This document shows, one piece after another, positions 25,601 through 35,100 of a stretch of DNA of 64,000 bases; position 1 is the first letter of the stretch; each line of letters begins with the position of its first letter. The DNA is taken from NCBI GenBank assembly GCA_040005235.1, contig JBDTZG010000014.1, forward strand, positions 1 through 64,000, read 5' to 3'. The position numbers were made by a program, and so were the translations under genes. The notes under the pieces are model-generated. The model was not told the DNA's origin. It searched no databases and saw only the letters and a program-made list of their open reading frames with translations. Source of the stretch: Acidobacteriota bacterium. GTDB lineage: Bacteria; Acidobacteriota; Thermoanaerobaculia; Multivoradales; UBA5704.

Positions 25601-28600
25601 GCGAGGCGGCGAGGGCCGGCGACCTGGTGGGGTTCTTGATCAACCCTTTGGTCAGTCGGGGCCGCTTCACCGCCGCCGATACCTTCAGCGACTTTTTGAC
25701 CCAGGTACACGCCGGCATGGTAGGCGCGCTACGCCACCAGGGATTTCCATTTCCGCTTCTGACGGAGCGGTTGGCGCCTGCCCGAAATTCGTCTCGCGCT
25801 CCATTATTCCAGGCCATGTTCGTCCTGCACCGCAGACGCTCGGAGGCGGATAGCATGTTGGCGGATCTCGCGCTCGGTGAGCCCGGCGTGAGCTGGGTGC
25901 TCGGCGATGAAACCGAGGGTCTCCATCTTTCCTCTGTGCCTCTCGAAGTACGCAGCAGTCAGCTAGATCTCTCCTTGGCCGTCGCGGAGAGCCGCAGCGA
26001 GCTGGCGTTGCGTCTGGTCTTCGACAGCGACCTGTTCGACGACGCGACGGCGGAGCGGATGCTCGGCCACCTGCGTTGCCTGCTTGCGGCGGCGATCGAG
26101 GCCCCGGAGAAGCCGGTTGCGGACCTGCAGTTGCTGTCGCCGACCGAAGAAGAGCAACTCGCCTCCTGGAACGGCACCGAGGTTTCGCAACCCTCGACGC
26201 TTGCGGTCCACGACCTGTTCGCGCGGCAGGCGAAGCAGATGCCGGCCGCGGTGGCGGTTGAGTGGGAGGGGCAGGAGCTGACGTACCGCGAGCTCGCCGT
26301 CGCCGCCGCGGCGGTGACCCGGCGTCTGCGCGACCTGAGGATCGGGCCCGGGTCCCTGGTGGGTCTCCTCGTCGGCCGATCGCCGGATCTGTTGGCGGGT
26401 ATCCTGGGCATCCTCGCAGCCGGGAGCGCCGTGGTACCGCTCGATCCGGTTTACCCGGTTCGGCGCATCCGGCTCATGGCTAGGGACTCGGGAATCGCCG
26501 CTTTGATCGTCGACCCCTCCACCGTCGGCCTCTTTCCCGACCTGGACGTGAAGGTCTTGGTCCTCGAGCAAAGCGCCTCAGCGGTTGCGGCTCCCGTCGA
26601 AAGCGCGTTTGGGCACCCCGCGAACATCGCGTATGTCCTCTACACTTCGGGTTCGACCGGCCGACCGAAGGGAGTGATGGTGACTCACCGGGGCCTGGCC
26701 AACGTGCTCCTGGCCATCGGCCGCGAAGCGGCGATGGGACCGGCCGACCGCGTGCTTTCCTTCACCACGCCGAGCTTCGACATCGGACTTTTGGAGCTTC
26801 TTTTGCCGCTGGTTACCGGCGGGCGGCTAATCCTTGCGCCTACTGAGACCGGACGTGACGGTGCGGCTCTCGCGAGAGCGATTGCGGCGCACCGGCCGAC
26901 GCTGGTTCAGGCCACGCCCGCGACCTGGTCGCTCCTTTTGGAAAGCCCGCCGCCGCGAGACGAAGGACTCAAGGCCTTCAGCGGCGGAGAGGCGATGACA
27001 GACTTGCTGGCTGATGGCCTGCGAACGTTGGCCGGACGAGCTTGGAACATGTACGGCCCCACCGAGACCGCGGTGTACTCGGTGATCTTCGACTTGGCCA
27101 AAGGGGTGGGCGCGCCACCCATCGGCAGGCCCGTTGCCAATACCCGATGCCAAGTGCTGAGCCCGGCGTCGCACCGGATGCCAATCGGGGTGCCCGGTGA
27201 GCTGTGCATAGCCGGCGAGGGTGTCGCCAGGGGTTACTTGGGGCGGGCCGATCTAACGGCGGAGCGCTTCCTGCCCGATCCGTTCTCACCTCGCCTTGGT
27301 GAGCGGATGTATCGGACGGGCGACCTGGCTCGCCGGCGGCACGACGGTGAGATCGAGTATCTCGGGCGCATCGATCGCCAGGTCAAGATCCGGGGATATC
27401 GCATCGAGCTCGGCGAGATCCAGGAACGCCTGCGTAGCCACCCTGAAGTTCGAGACGCCGTGGTGGTGGCGCAGGCCGATGAAACCGGGGAGAAACGCTT
27501 GGTGGCGTATTTCATCGGTGTCACGGACCAGCCGATCGATGGGGGGGATCTCGCGGCATTTCTCCGCGAGGATCTGCCGGAGTTCATGGTGCCCGCCTTC
27601 TTCGTGCCCCTGGAATCGTTTCCTCTCACGCCGAATGGAAAAGTCGACGACCGGTCTCTGCCCAGGCCTCAACCCACGATTCCCATCCGGGAGGACGCGG
27701 TTTCCCGGCGCTCGCCGGTCGAGGAGTGGGTGGGGGAAATCTGGGCCGACGTGCTCGGCATCGGGCGTGTCGGGGCCAAGGAGAATTTTTTCGCGCTCGG
27801 CGGGCACTCGCTCAAAGCGGCGCGGGTAATCGCCCGGGCGCGCAAGGTGTTCGGCGTCGACCTGCCGTTGCGCTCTCTCTTCGAATCGCCGACATTGGAG
27901 ACCTTCGCCCGGCAGGTTGAGGAGGCCCGTCGAAACCTCGTCGCCGGGGGGGTTCCCATAGAGTCTTTGGCGGCATCGGACGATGAGATCTCCGTGGCTT
28001 CGTTCGGAGAGCGTCGGCTCTGGCTCATGGATCGCTTGCGCCCGGGGCTGTCGGTTTACAACATGCCGCTCTCTTGCGAGCTGCACGGCTCCCTTTCCGT
28101 CAACGCCCTGGTCGGCGCTGTCGGTGAGATCGTGCGCCGGCACGAGGTTCTGCGCACCTGCTTTCCGGCCACGTCCGGCGAGCCCGTGCCCGTCGTCGAT
28201 CCCGCGGTGACGCCCGGACTGGAATCCGTCGACCTCAGCGCCTTGTCGCCGGCGATGGCGACGGCGGAGGCGTCCCATCTCGCTGCCCGCGAGGCGGCTC
28301 GGCCGTTCGACCTCGCGGCCGGTCCGGTGTTGCGCCACCACCTTCTTTGGCTGCCCGGCTCAATCTACACCCTGCTTCTCAATGTGCATCACATCGTCGC
28401 CGACGGCGCCTCTTTGGATCTGTTCGTCTCGGAGTTGGAGACCCTCTACGCAGCGTTCAGCGCCGGAAGGCCCTCGCCGCTGCCGCCGCTGCCGTTGCGG
28501 TACCGCGACTATGCGAATTGGCAGAGGAGTACTTTTTCCGTCGTCGCGCGGGATCTGCGCCTCAAACAGTGGGCGGCCAAGCTCATCGGGGTCGAGCCGT

Positions 28601-31164
28601 TGGAAATGCCCATCGATAATCAGCGCCGGGGCGTTCAGAGCTTTCGGGGCCATCGCACCACCTCGCTTCTGCCGTCAAAGGCGGCGGGTCCGGTTTCGCT
28701 CTTGGCTCGGCGGGAAGGGATGACGCCGTTCGTGATCCTCAGCGCCGCCTTCGCCCTTCTCTTGCAGCGTTGGGCGCGGCAAAGGGGGGCGGTGGTCGTC
28801 GGAACCCCGTTCGAGGGACGTGACAGAGTGGAGCTCGAACCGCTGATCGGACTCTTCGTTCAGCTCCTGCCGCTACGGTTGCACCCCGAAGAGGGGGCGA
28901 CCGGTTCGGCTCTGCTGCACCAGGTCCGCGACGAGGTGCTCACGGCTTGGGAGCATCGCGACCTTCCCATCGAGCTGATCGTGGAAGAGATCCAGGCGCA
29001 TCGCAGCACGAGTCGTGCGCCCCTGATCCAGACCACCCTGTCTTACGAGCGCGCCTCGGACCGGCCGGCCGGTCCCTTGGTAACCCGCGTTGCGGCCATC
29101 GACAACGGCACCACCAAATTTGATTTGAGCCTTTTCGCTTGTGAGTCGGCCGACGGCTTGGCCCTCACTTTGGAGATGAGCGCCGACCTTTTCGACCGTA
29201 CCACCGCGCAGCGGATGGTGGGCCATTTCGAGCGCCTGTTGACGGGTCTTGCAGCGGCGCCAGAGGTCCCGTTGGCGGAAATTTCCCTCCTGAGCGACGG
29301 GGAACGCCAACAGATCGCGGTCGAATGGAACGACACTCGAACTCTCCCTTTGGGGGATGCGGCCGAGATCACGGCCTGCGATCTCTTCGAAGCGCGGGCG
29401 CGGAGTTTTCCGGATGCAGCGGCGGTCGTCACCGACCAGGCCGTTTTGACCTACGGCGAGCTCGATCGCCGGGCCGGTCGGCTCGCGGGCCTTCTGTGCA
29501 AGCTCGGAGTCGGGCCGGAGTCTGTCGTGGCGATTCTCCTTCCTCGCTCGCCCGAGCTGGTGCTGGCGGTTTTGGCCGTCGCCAAGGCGGGTGCAGCTTA
29601 TTTGCCCTTGGATCTGCAGCATCCGCAAGAGCGTGTGCAATCCATGCTTGAGGATTCAAGGGCCAGGGTATTGCTCACCGCAGCCGGCTCTCACCAAAGT
29701 GCTTCGGGATTCGCCGGTACAGAGCTCGACATTCACCGCTGCCTTGAGGAGTCCCGAGAGATTTTGCCCTCCCCGCTTGGCGCCCGGGCTCCGGAGAGCC
29801 TGGCGTATGTCGTCTACACCTCAGGTTCCACGGGTCGCCCCAAGGCCGTCGCGATTTCCCACCGCGGGCTCGCCAATCTTGTCAGCTGGCACTTGCGCAC
29901 CTATCGGGTCGTTGCCTCCGACCGAGCCACGCTCATCGCGGCCCCCGCCTTCGACGCCTCGGTTTGGGAGACCTGGCCTTACCTGTGCGCGGGCGCGAGC
30001 CTGGTCCCTCTTTCGTTTGCGCAGGTCGCCGCCCCGGCGGTGCTCGCCGACGAGTTGGCGCGACTGGGCACAACGTTCGTATTCCTGCCGACTCCGCTGG
30101 CCGAGTCGCTGCTTGCCGAACCGGGTATCCGGCGCCCTATTCTGCGGGCTCTGCTCACGGGCGGGGATCGGTTGAGGCGCGGCAATCCGGACGTTGAAAC
30201 GCGACTGATGAATCACTATGGCCCTACCGAGGCGACGGTGGTGACCAGTTGGGCGCCCGTACCGGTGGAAGAAGGCTCAGAAAGCGCTCCGGCGATCGGC
30301 AGGCCGATCGACAACTTGCGCACCCATGTTCTCGACGAGCGGGGCCGGCCGGTTCCCATCGGCATTCCAGGGGAGCTTCATGTCGCAGGCCTTGGACTCG
30401 CTCGAGGGTATCTGGGACAGCCCTCCGCCACGGCGGAACGTTTCATCCCTTCTGCTTTCGCGTCGGAGCCGGGAGAGCGCCTCTATAGGACCGGAGACCT
30501 CGTGCGCTATCTGCCCGACGGTCGCCTCGAATTCGTGGGACGCGCCGATCGCCAGGTCAAGATTCGCGGATTCCGGGTGGAACCGGGGGAAATCGAGAGT
30601 CGCCTGCTGAAACACAGCGGCGTGCATCAAGCGGTGGTCGGCGTTTGGGAAGACCGAATACTCGGATCGCGCCTTGCGGCCTTCATCGTTCCTAGAGACG
30701 TCGACGCCCGGCCATCAGCGGGCGAGCTCCGAGGATGGCTCAAGGAAACGCTGCCGGATTACATGGTTCCTTCGGCTTTCAGGATGCTCGAACGCCTACC
30801 GCAAACCAGCAACGGCAAGGTCGACCTCGCGGCTCTTCCGCCGCCGGAAGAGGACGGTCCTTTAGCGGAGGGCGGACCTTCGCAATCCCCGCTGGAGGAG
30901 ATCCTGTCCGGCCTGTGGTCCGAGCTCCTGGGCCGGGTCAGAATAGGAACCGACGACAATTTTTTCGAGTTGGGCGGCCACTCCCTTCAGGTCGCCCGTC
31001 TGCAGGCCCGAATTCAAGAGGAGTTGGGAGTCGAGTTGCCGCTCGAGACGATCTTTCGTCGGCCAATTCTAGGCGAGCTCGCGGAGGAAGTGGCCGCGCG
31101 GCTCGTTGCTGCGGTCGGTGAGGAAGCGATGCAGGGTCTGCTGGTGTCCGCCAACGAAGAGTGA
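22696..31164 (+). CDS. Lipopeptide-initiating NRPS: FAAL-ACP-C(starter)-A(Gly-like)-PCP-C-A(Leu)-PCP
   Basis: FAAL LAFLQYTSGST, WLPAHHDMGLIG, GRNHYPQDIE, PKTTSGK; ACP GLDSL; C1 HHIVVDFQS; A1 code DILQFGMVYK; C2 HHIVADGAS; A2 code DAWFLGHVVK (Leu type). TTG start follows GGAGG. Confidence 0.93.
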   Translation: MYPGRAGEGSLVERVERLSEVRPEHQIYLFLAESGEEAGSLTLADLSARARAIAVCLQKQGLEGERALLLFPPGLAFISAFLGCLYAGVVAVPVAPPRRDRGLQRLADVAGDARPKAVLVGTSMLERARNWDLPGASEWAWLDVESVARGEAEKWRKPDLDPAALAFLQYTSGSTSVPKGVMVSHGNLVANLQLITAGFGQTESSVVVGWLPAHHDMGLIGNILQPLWSGSRCILMSPLTFLQKPVRWLEAISRYGATTSGGPSFSYELCAEKITDEQKAGLDLSRWSVAFNGAEPVRADTLDRFAAAFDSCSFRRQAFAPCFGLAEATLLVTVAGPDRGPRVASFSSADLEQGIAIPAKDLTVPSRRLVGCGTPPPGVDVKIVDPESGLVCPEGRVGELWVAGDSVTEGYWQRPELSAETFGAQLGDFGKGRYLRTGDLGFQVEGAELFVTGRLKDLIIIRGRNHYPQDIELTVERSHPSLRSAHGVAFSVESGGEERLVVVQEVERRSRVSSEELEDAIRQAVADQHDISVLAVVLLGFGSLPKTTSGKVQRRRCRDLFLRGELAGGGRGAAPRGAASPTGKISPTVAADLPRAEALAALREFVAQALRTDPAVLDAGRPLTAQGLDSLAAFEVGGRIEAAFGVAVDPADLLAGASLEEIVGTLSAHGSRLNADDRAIVEGTRELRPADRERSDGTASISRGQRAIWFMQRLEPQSAAYNLSAAFRVLSPLDLAAFERALGRLLARHDSLRSRFPVEDDEPVCRIVAEEVGVERLDVSSLSPAELAERLSAAAHLPFDLERGPLLRATLFESAEGATLLLSVHHIVVDFQSLAVVARDLGRFYESERRPGVATLPSVGGDLGRYVAWEELQATGLVGDKGWEYWRETLGGALPELDLPTDRPRPRHQRFKGGSRSLRLDGNLSSRVAALARGKSSTQFSILLAAFQILLHRHSGQDDVLVGIPASCREAARAGDLVGFLINPLVSRGRFTAADTFSDFLTQVHAGMVGALRHQGFPFPLLTERLAPARNSSRAPLFQAMFVLHRRRSEADSMLADLALGEPGVSWVLGDETEGLHLSSVPLEVRSSQLDLSLAVAESRSELALRLVFDSDLFDDATAERMLGHLRCLLAAAIEAPEKPVADLQLLSPTEEEQLASWNGTEVSQPSTLAVHDLFARQAKQMPAAVAVEWEGQELTYRELAVAAAAVTRRLRDLRIGPGSLVGLLVGRSPDLLAGILGILAAGSAVVPLDPVYPVRRIRLMARDSGIAALIVDPSTVGLFPDLDVKVLVLEQSASAVAAPVESAFGHPANIAYVLYTSGSTGRPKGVMVTHRGLANVLLAIGREAAMGPADRVLSFTTPSFDIGLLELLLPLVTGGRLILAPTETGRDGAALARAIAAHRPTLVQATPATWSLLLESPPPRDEGLKAFSGGEAMTDLLADGLRTLAGRAWNMYGPTETAVYSVIFDLAKGVGAPPIGRPVANTRCQVLSPASHRMPIGVPGELCIAGEGVARGYLGRADLTAERFLPDPFSPRLGERMYRTGDLARRRHDGEIEYLGRIDRQVKIRGYRIELGEIQERLRSHPEVRDAVVVAQADETGEKRLVAYFIGVTDQPIDGGDLAAFLREDLPEFMVPAFFVPLESFPLTPNGKVDDRSLPRPQPTIPIREDAVSRRSPVEEWVGEIWADVLGIGRVGAKENFFALGGHSLKAARVIARARKVFGVDLPLRSLFESPTLETFARQVEEARRNLVAGGVPIESLAASDDEISVASFGERRLWLMDRLRPGLSVYNMPLSCELHGSLSVNALVGAVGEIVRRHEVLRTCFPATSGEPVPVVDPAVTPGLESVDLSALSPAMATAEASHLAAREAARPFDLAAGPVLRHHLLWLPGSIYTLLLNVHHIVADGASLDLFVSELETLYAAFSAGRPSPLPPLPLRYRDYANWQRSTFSVVARDLRLKQWAAKLIGVEPLEMPIDNQRRGVQSFRGHRTTSLLPSKAAGPVSLLARREGMTPFVILSAAFALLLQRWARQRGAVVVGTPFEGRDRVELEPLIGLFVQLLPLRLHPEEGATGSALLHQVRDEVLTAWEHRDLPIELIVEEIQAHRSTSRAPLIQTTLSYERASDRPAGPLVTRVAAIDNGTTKFDLSLFACESADGLALTLEMSADLFDRTTAQRMVGHFERLLTGLAAAPEVPLAEISLLSDGERQQIAVEWNDTRTLPLGDAAEITACDLFEARARSFPDAAAVVTDQAVLTYGELDRRAGRLAGLLCKLGVGPESVVAILLPRSPELVLAVLAVAKAGAAYLPLDLQHPQERVQSMLEDSRARVLLTAAGSHQSASGFAGTELDIHRCLEESREILPSPLGARAPESLAYVVYTSGSTGRPKAVAISHRGLANLVSWHLRTYRVVASDRATLIAAPAFDASVWETWPYLCAGASLVPLSFAQVAAPAVLADELARLGTTFVFLPTPLAESLLAEPGIRRPILRALLTGGDRLRRGNPDVETRLMNHYGPTEATVVTSWAPVPVEEGSESAPAIGRPIDNLRTHVLDERGRPVPIGIPGELHVAGLGLARGYLGQPSATAERFIPSAFASEPGERLYRTGDLVRYLPDGRLEFVGRADRQVKIRGFRVEPGEIESRLLKHSGVHQAVVGVWEDRILGSRLAAFIVPRDVDARPSAGELRGWLKETLPDYMVPSAFRMLERLPQTSNGKVDLAALPPPEEDGPLAEGGPSQSPLEEILSGLWSELLGRVRIGTDDNFFELGGHSLQVARLQARIQEELGVELPLETIFRRPILGELAEEVAARLVAAVGEEAMQGLLVSANEE

Positions 31165-31182
31165 CCATAGAGGAGAGGAAAA

Positions 31183-32109
31183 ATGGAAAGTAAAAGGACG
31201 ATTTGGGCCAAAGTTCGGCCGGTGTGTCTCTTGGCCTTGCTTTTGTCGCCTTCGGCAGCCGTTGCGGATGATGGTGCGCGTTTCGTCGGTTTCTGGAAAG
31301 GGGCGATCATCTTCGAAAAAGGTGCCATCGAAGGAGACATGGTCGCCGAATTCATTGCCAACCCCGGGGGAAAGCTCGTCGGCCTTTGCTCTTTGCCGGT
31401 TCACGGTGTGACCGACAAGCCTCTCGTCGACATCAAATGGAACCGCGATGAGATTTCTTTCGTGTACAAAGATGATACCGGAACATCTCTGGTGACGCTC
31501 GCTCTTTCCGCTGATGGCAAGCGCTTGAGCGGAAAAATGCAGGAGAAAGATAAGAGCTATCCCATCTACCTCAAGAGGACGAGTGAGGAGGAGCTGACCG
31601 CCAAGGGCTCGCTGGAGGTGCTCTCCGCCGACAACCGAGAGCTGAGGGAGCGGTTCGACAAGGATGCGGGAAAGGTTCGATTGGTCGTCCTGCTCTCGCC
31701 AACGTGCTCGGTCTGCATTCGGATGGCGCGGATGATCCAGCGCTACCTTCTGGAGGAGGTTGACGATCCGCGCCTGGCGGTCTACGTCGTTTGGGGACCG
31801 ATGCTGGAAGGTGACAACCAGGAGGTGGCGAAGACCATGCTGACGCACCTCACGGATCGGCGGGCGGTGCATTACTGGACGGCGAACGCCGATCTTGCCA
31901 AGTTGTTCAGCGAGCCTCTCAAGGCAGAGTCTCCGGCGTGGGACGTCCTCTTTTTCTTCGGCTCGGGTGCCCGTTGGACGAACTCTCCGCAACCCGCGGA
32001 CTACGCACACCAGCAGGGCAAGAGCCTTCCTCTGGACCATCAGTTCAACGGTGAGAAGCTGGTCGCCCAGGTGCGCAAGCTCCTGCCCGCCCAGCAGGCT
32101 CCAAAGTAG
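31183..32109 (+). CDS. Exported protein with a C-terminal thioredoxin-like CxxC domain
   Basis: Strong RBS; Sec-type signal (basic N-region, CLLALLLSPSAAVA); N-terminal beta-rich domain; RLVVLLSPTCSVC...VYVVWGPML...AWDV. Confidence 0.75.
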   Translation: MESKRTIWAKVRPVCLLALLLSPSAAVADDGARFVGFWKGAIIFEKGAIEGDMVAEFIANPGGKLVGLCSLPVHGVTDKPLVDIKWNRDEISFVYKDDTGTSLVTLALSADGKRLSGKMQEKDKSYPIYLKRTSEEELTAKGSLEVLSADNRELRERFDKDAGKVRLVVLLSPTCSVCIRMARMIQRYLLEEVDDPRLAVYVVWGPMLEGDNQEVAKTMLTHLTDRRAVHYWTANADLAKLFSEPLKAESPAWDVLFFFGSGARWTNSPQPADYAHQQGKSLPLDHQFNGEKLVAQVRKLLPAQQAPK

Positions 32110-32150
32110 GGGACCGGTTAAACCCTGGGGAAACTCGAACCGTAACGACG

Positions 32151-35100
32151 ATGGTTGCATCTCACACAAATCTGGTCTCCCGGCTCTCGGCTGATCAGTT
32201 ACGACGGATCGCTCGGCAACTCCGTGAAAAGGGGGGGGCCGTAGGGACGGATAGCCTTGCCCGGTTGCCCCGCGACCAGGGTGGTTTTCCACTCTCTTTT
32301 GCCCAGGAACGACTGTGGTTCCTGGACCAACTTGAGCCTGGATCGATCAGCTATAACGTCGGTGTGAAGGTGCGTTTTCGCGGCCGGCTGGACATCGCGG
32401 CTTTGCGAGAGAGCCTGTCGCGGATCGCGGGTCGGCACGAGGCGCTGCGGACCTGCTTCCGATCCGTGGACGGTAAATCCCAGCAGGAGATCCGGCCGGT
32501 GGAGCCGGTGGCGGTGCCACTGGTGGATCTCGCGGGCTTCTCGGCTGCGAGGAGCGGGGCCGAGGCCGAGGCTCTTTCGCTCGGCGGCGCCCGGACGCCG
32601 TTCGACCTGACTCGTGGACCGCTCCTCAGAGCGACGCTGCTGCGGGTGGCCGAGCAGGAGCATCTGCTCGTCCTGGTTCTTCATCACATCGTCTGCGACG
32701 GTTGGTCGGCGGGTATTCTGGTCCGTGAGTTTGCTCTGCTCTACGCGGGTCGGGTGGAGGGGCGAGAGGCCGCACTCGCGGAGCTGTCGGTGCAGTATGC
32801 CGATTTCGCGGTTTGGCAGCGCCTGCAGGTTACTCAAGGCGCTTGGGCGGAGCAGCTCGCCTATTGGCAAGGTCAGCTCAATGGGCTGCCTCCCCTCATC
32901 TTGCGCACCGACCTTCAACGTCCGTCCATCTCGGACGGGAACGGAGAGCGCCATGTCCTCGAATTCAAGCCGGGCACCGCGGAGGCTGTGAGCGAGCTCG
33001 GACGGCGCGCTCAAGCCACGCCGTTCATGGTGCTGTGGTCGGTCTTTTCCGTACTCCTCGCTCGATTGGCCGGACAGGACGATTTTGGTGTCGCGACGCC
33101 GGTGGTCGGGCGCAGCCGGCCGGAGCTTCAGAGCCTCATCGGTTTCTTCGCCGACACCTTGGTCCTGCGCACCTCTCTGAGCGGCAACCCGACCTTCGGC
33201 GAGCTGCTGAATTTGAACCGGGAGATCGTTGCCGCGGCCTTCGCCAACCAGAGCATGCCGTTCGCCCTACTGGTCAAGGAGCTCGCGCCCGACCGCGTGC
33301 TCGGCACCACCCCCCTGGCGCAGGTGATGTTCAGCTTGGAGGATCGACTCTCGATTTCTTCCTTCGCAGGGCTCTCAGTGAGCTTGGAGGAGATCGACAA
33401 TCGGACGGCGAAATTCGATCTGATGCTGACTTTGCGCTTCGGTGCAAACGGGCTCTCGGGCCACCTGGAATATCCCACCGACCTTTTCGAACCGGTGACG
33501 GTGGCACGAATCGCGGCGCAGCTCGCTCTGCTTCTTGAAACCGCGACCACAGTTCCATCGGTGCCGGTTTTCGATTTGCCTCTGCTCGGCGCGGGCGAGC
33601 GCCACCAGGTCGTGACCGAGTGGAATGACAATTCGCGGAGCGCGGAAGCGAGAACGGTTCCGGATCTCCTGGCGGCGCAAGCGGCCCGGGCGCCCGATTC
33701 GACGGCGGTGATCCACGGCTTGGAGCGATTCTCCTACGGGGAGCTGCGCGCTCGGGCTCATCGGCTGGCGGGCCTGCTCAGGCAACGAGGCGTCGGGCCC
33801 GAGGTACGGGTGGGCGTATGCCTGGAGCGGTCTTTCGAGCTGGTGATCGCCCTGGTTGCGGTGCTGGAGGCGGGCGGGGCGTACGTCCCTCTCGATCCTA
33901 CCTATCCCAGAGAGCGCCTCTCCTACATTCTCGCCGACAGCGGCGCCGCCCTCGTGGTGACGAGCGAAGAGAGCGTCGCGTGCCTGCCGACGGACGGCGC
34001 CGTGGCGGTCTGCCTGATTCGAGCCGCGGGAGATTGGAGGACGGCTGAAGAGCCGATGGAGATATCGGGCTACACCCCACGGGCTCTGCCGGAGTCCCTG
34101 GCCTACTTGATCTATACCTCAGGCTCGACGGGGCGGCCCAAGGGAGTGGGGATCGAGCACCGCCACGCAGCGACCTTCCTCACCTGGGCGCGGCGGGCCT
34201 TTCTCAGCTCGGAGATCGCCGGCGTTCTTGCTTCGACCTCCGTCTGCTTCGACCTTTCGGTCTTCGAGCTGTTCGTGCCGTTGGCCTGGGGCGGAAGCGT
34301 AATCCTCGCGGACAACGTGCTGAATCTGCTGGCGCTCCCGGCTTCGACTGAGATCACCTTGGTGAGCTCCGTGCCCTCGGCGGTCGCGGAGTTGGTCGCC
34401 AGCGGCCTGCCGCCCGGAGTGCGCACGGTGAATCTGGCGGGAGAAGCGCTGCCACGGAGTCTGGTCGATCAGCTCTTCGCGCAGCCCGGCGTACGCCGCG
34501 TGCTCAACCTCTATGGTCCGTCCGAGGACACGACCTATTCGACGATGGCCGTAATGCGACGGGAGGACGGCCGGATACCGGCCATCGGCCGCCCCATTGC
34601 TGAGACGCGGGCCTATGTATTGGATGCCTTGCTTCGGCCGTTGCCTCTTGGGATTCCCGGCGAGCTGGCGCTGTCGAGTCGGAGCCTCGCTCGAGGATAC
34701 CTGGGCCGTCCCGAACTGACGGCGGAGAAATTCGTGCCGGATTCGCTGTCCGGGATTCCTGGCGAGAGAATGTACCGAACCGGCGACCTGGTGCGTTGGC
34801 GCGCCGACGGCGAGTTGGAGTTCTTCGGCCGCGCCGACCATCAGGTCAAGATTCGCGGTTTCCGTATCGAGATGGGGGAGATCGAAGCGGCACTTCTCGA
34901 GGTCCCCGGTATCGACGAAGCGGTGGTCGAGGTGTTCGAGGCCGCGGGGGGAGACCGTCGGCTGGCCGGCTTCTATGTGATGCGCCAGGTCGGGTCGGAA
35001 GTCGACGACCTCCCCGAACGGTTACAAGCGCGGTTGCCCGCTTACATGGTGCCGGCGTCCCTCCTACAGATTGCGGCGCTCCCCCGCACGGCGAACGGCA

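Noticed and set aside
32231-32238. G8 run near the 5' end of the five-module NRPS as a phase-variation switch
   Set aside because: G7-G8 runs occur elsewhere (for example 15570-15577), are expected at this GC content, and the frame is intact. Read-level length variation would be needed.
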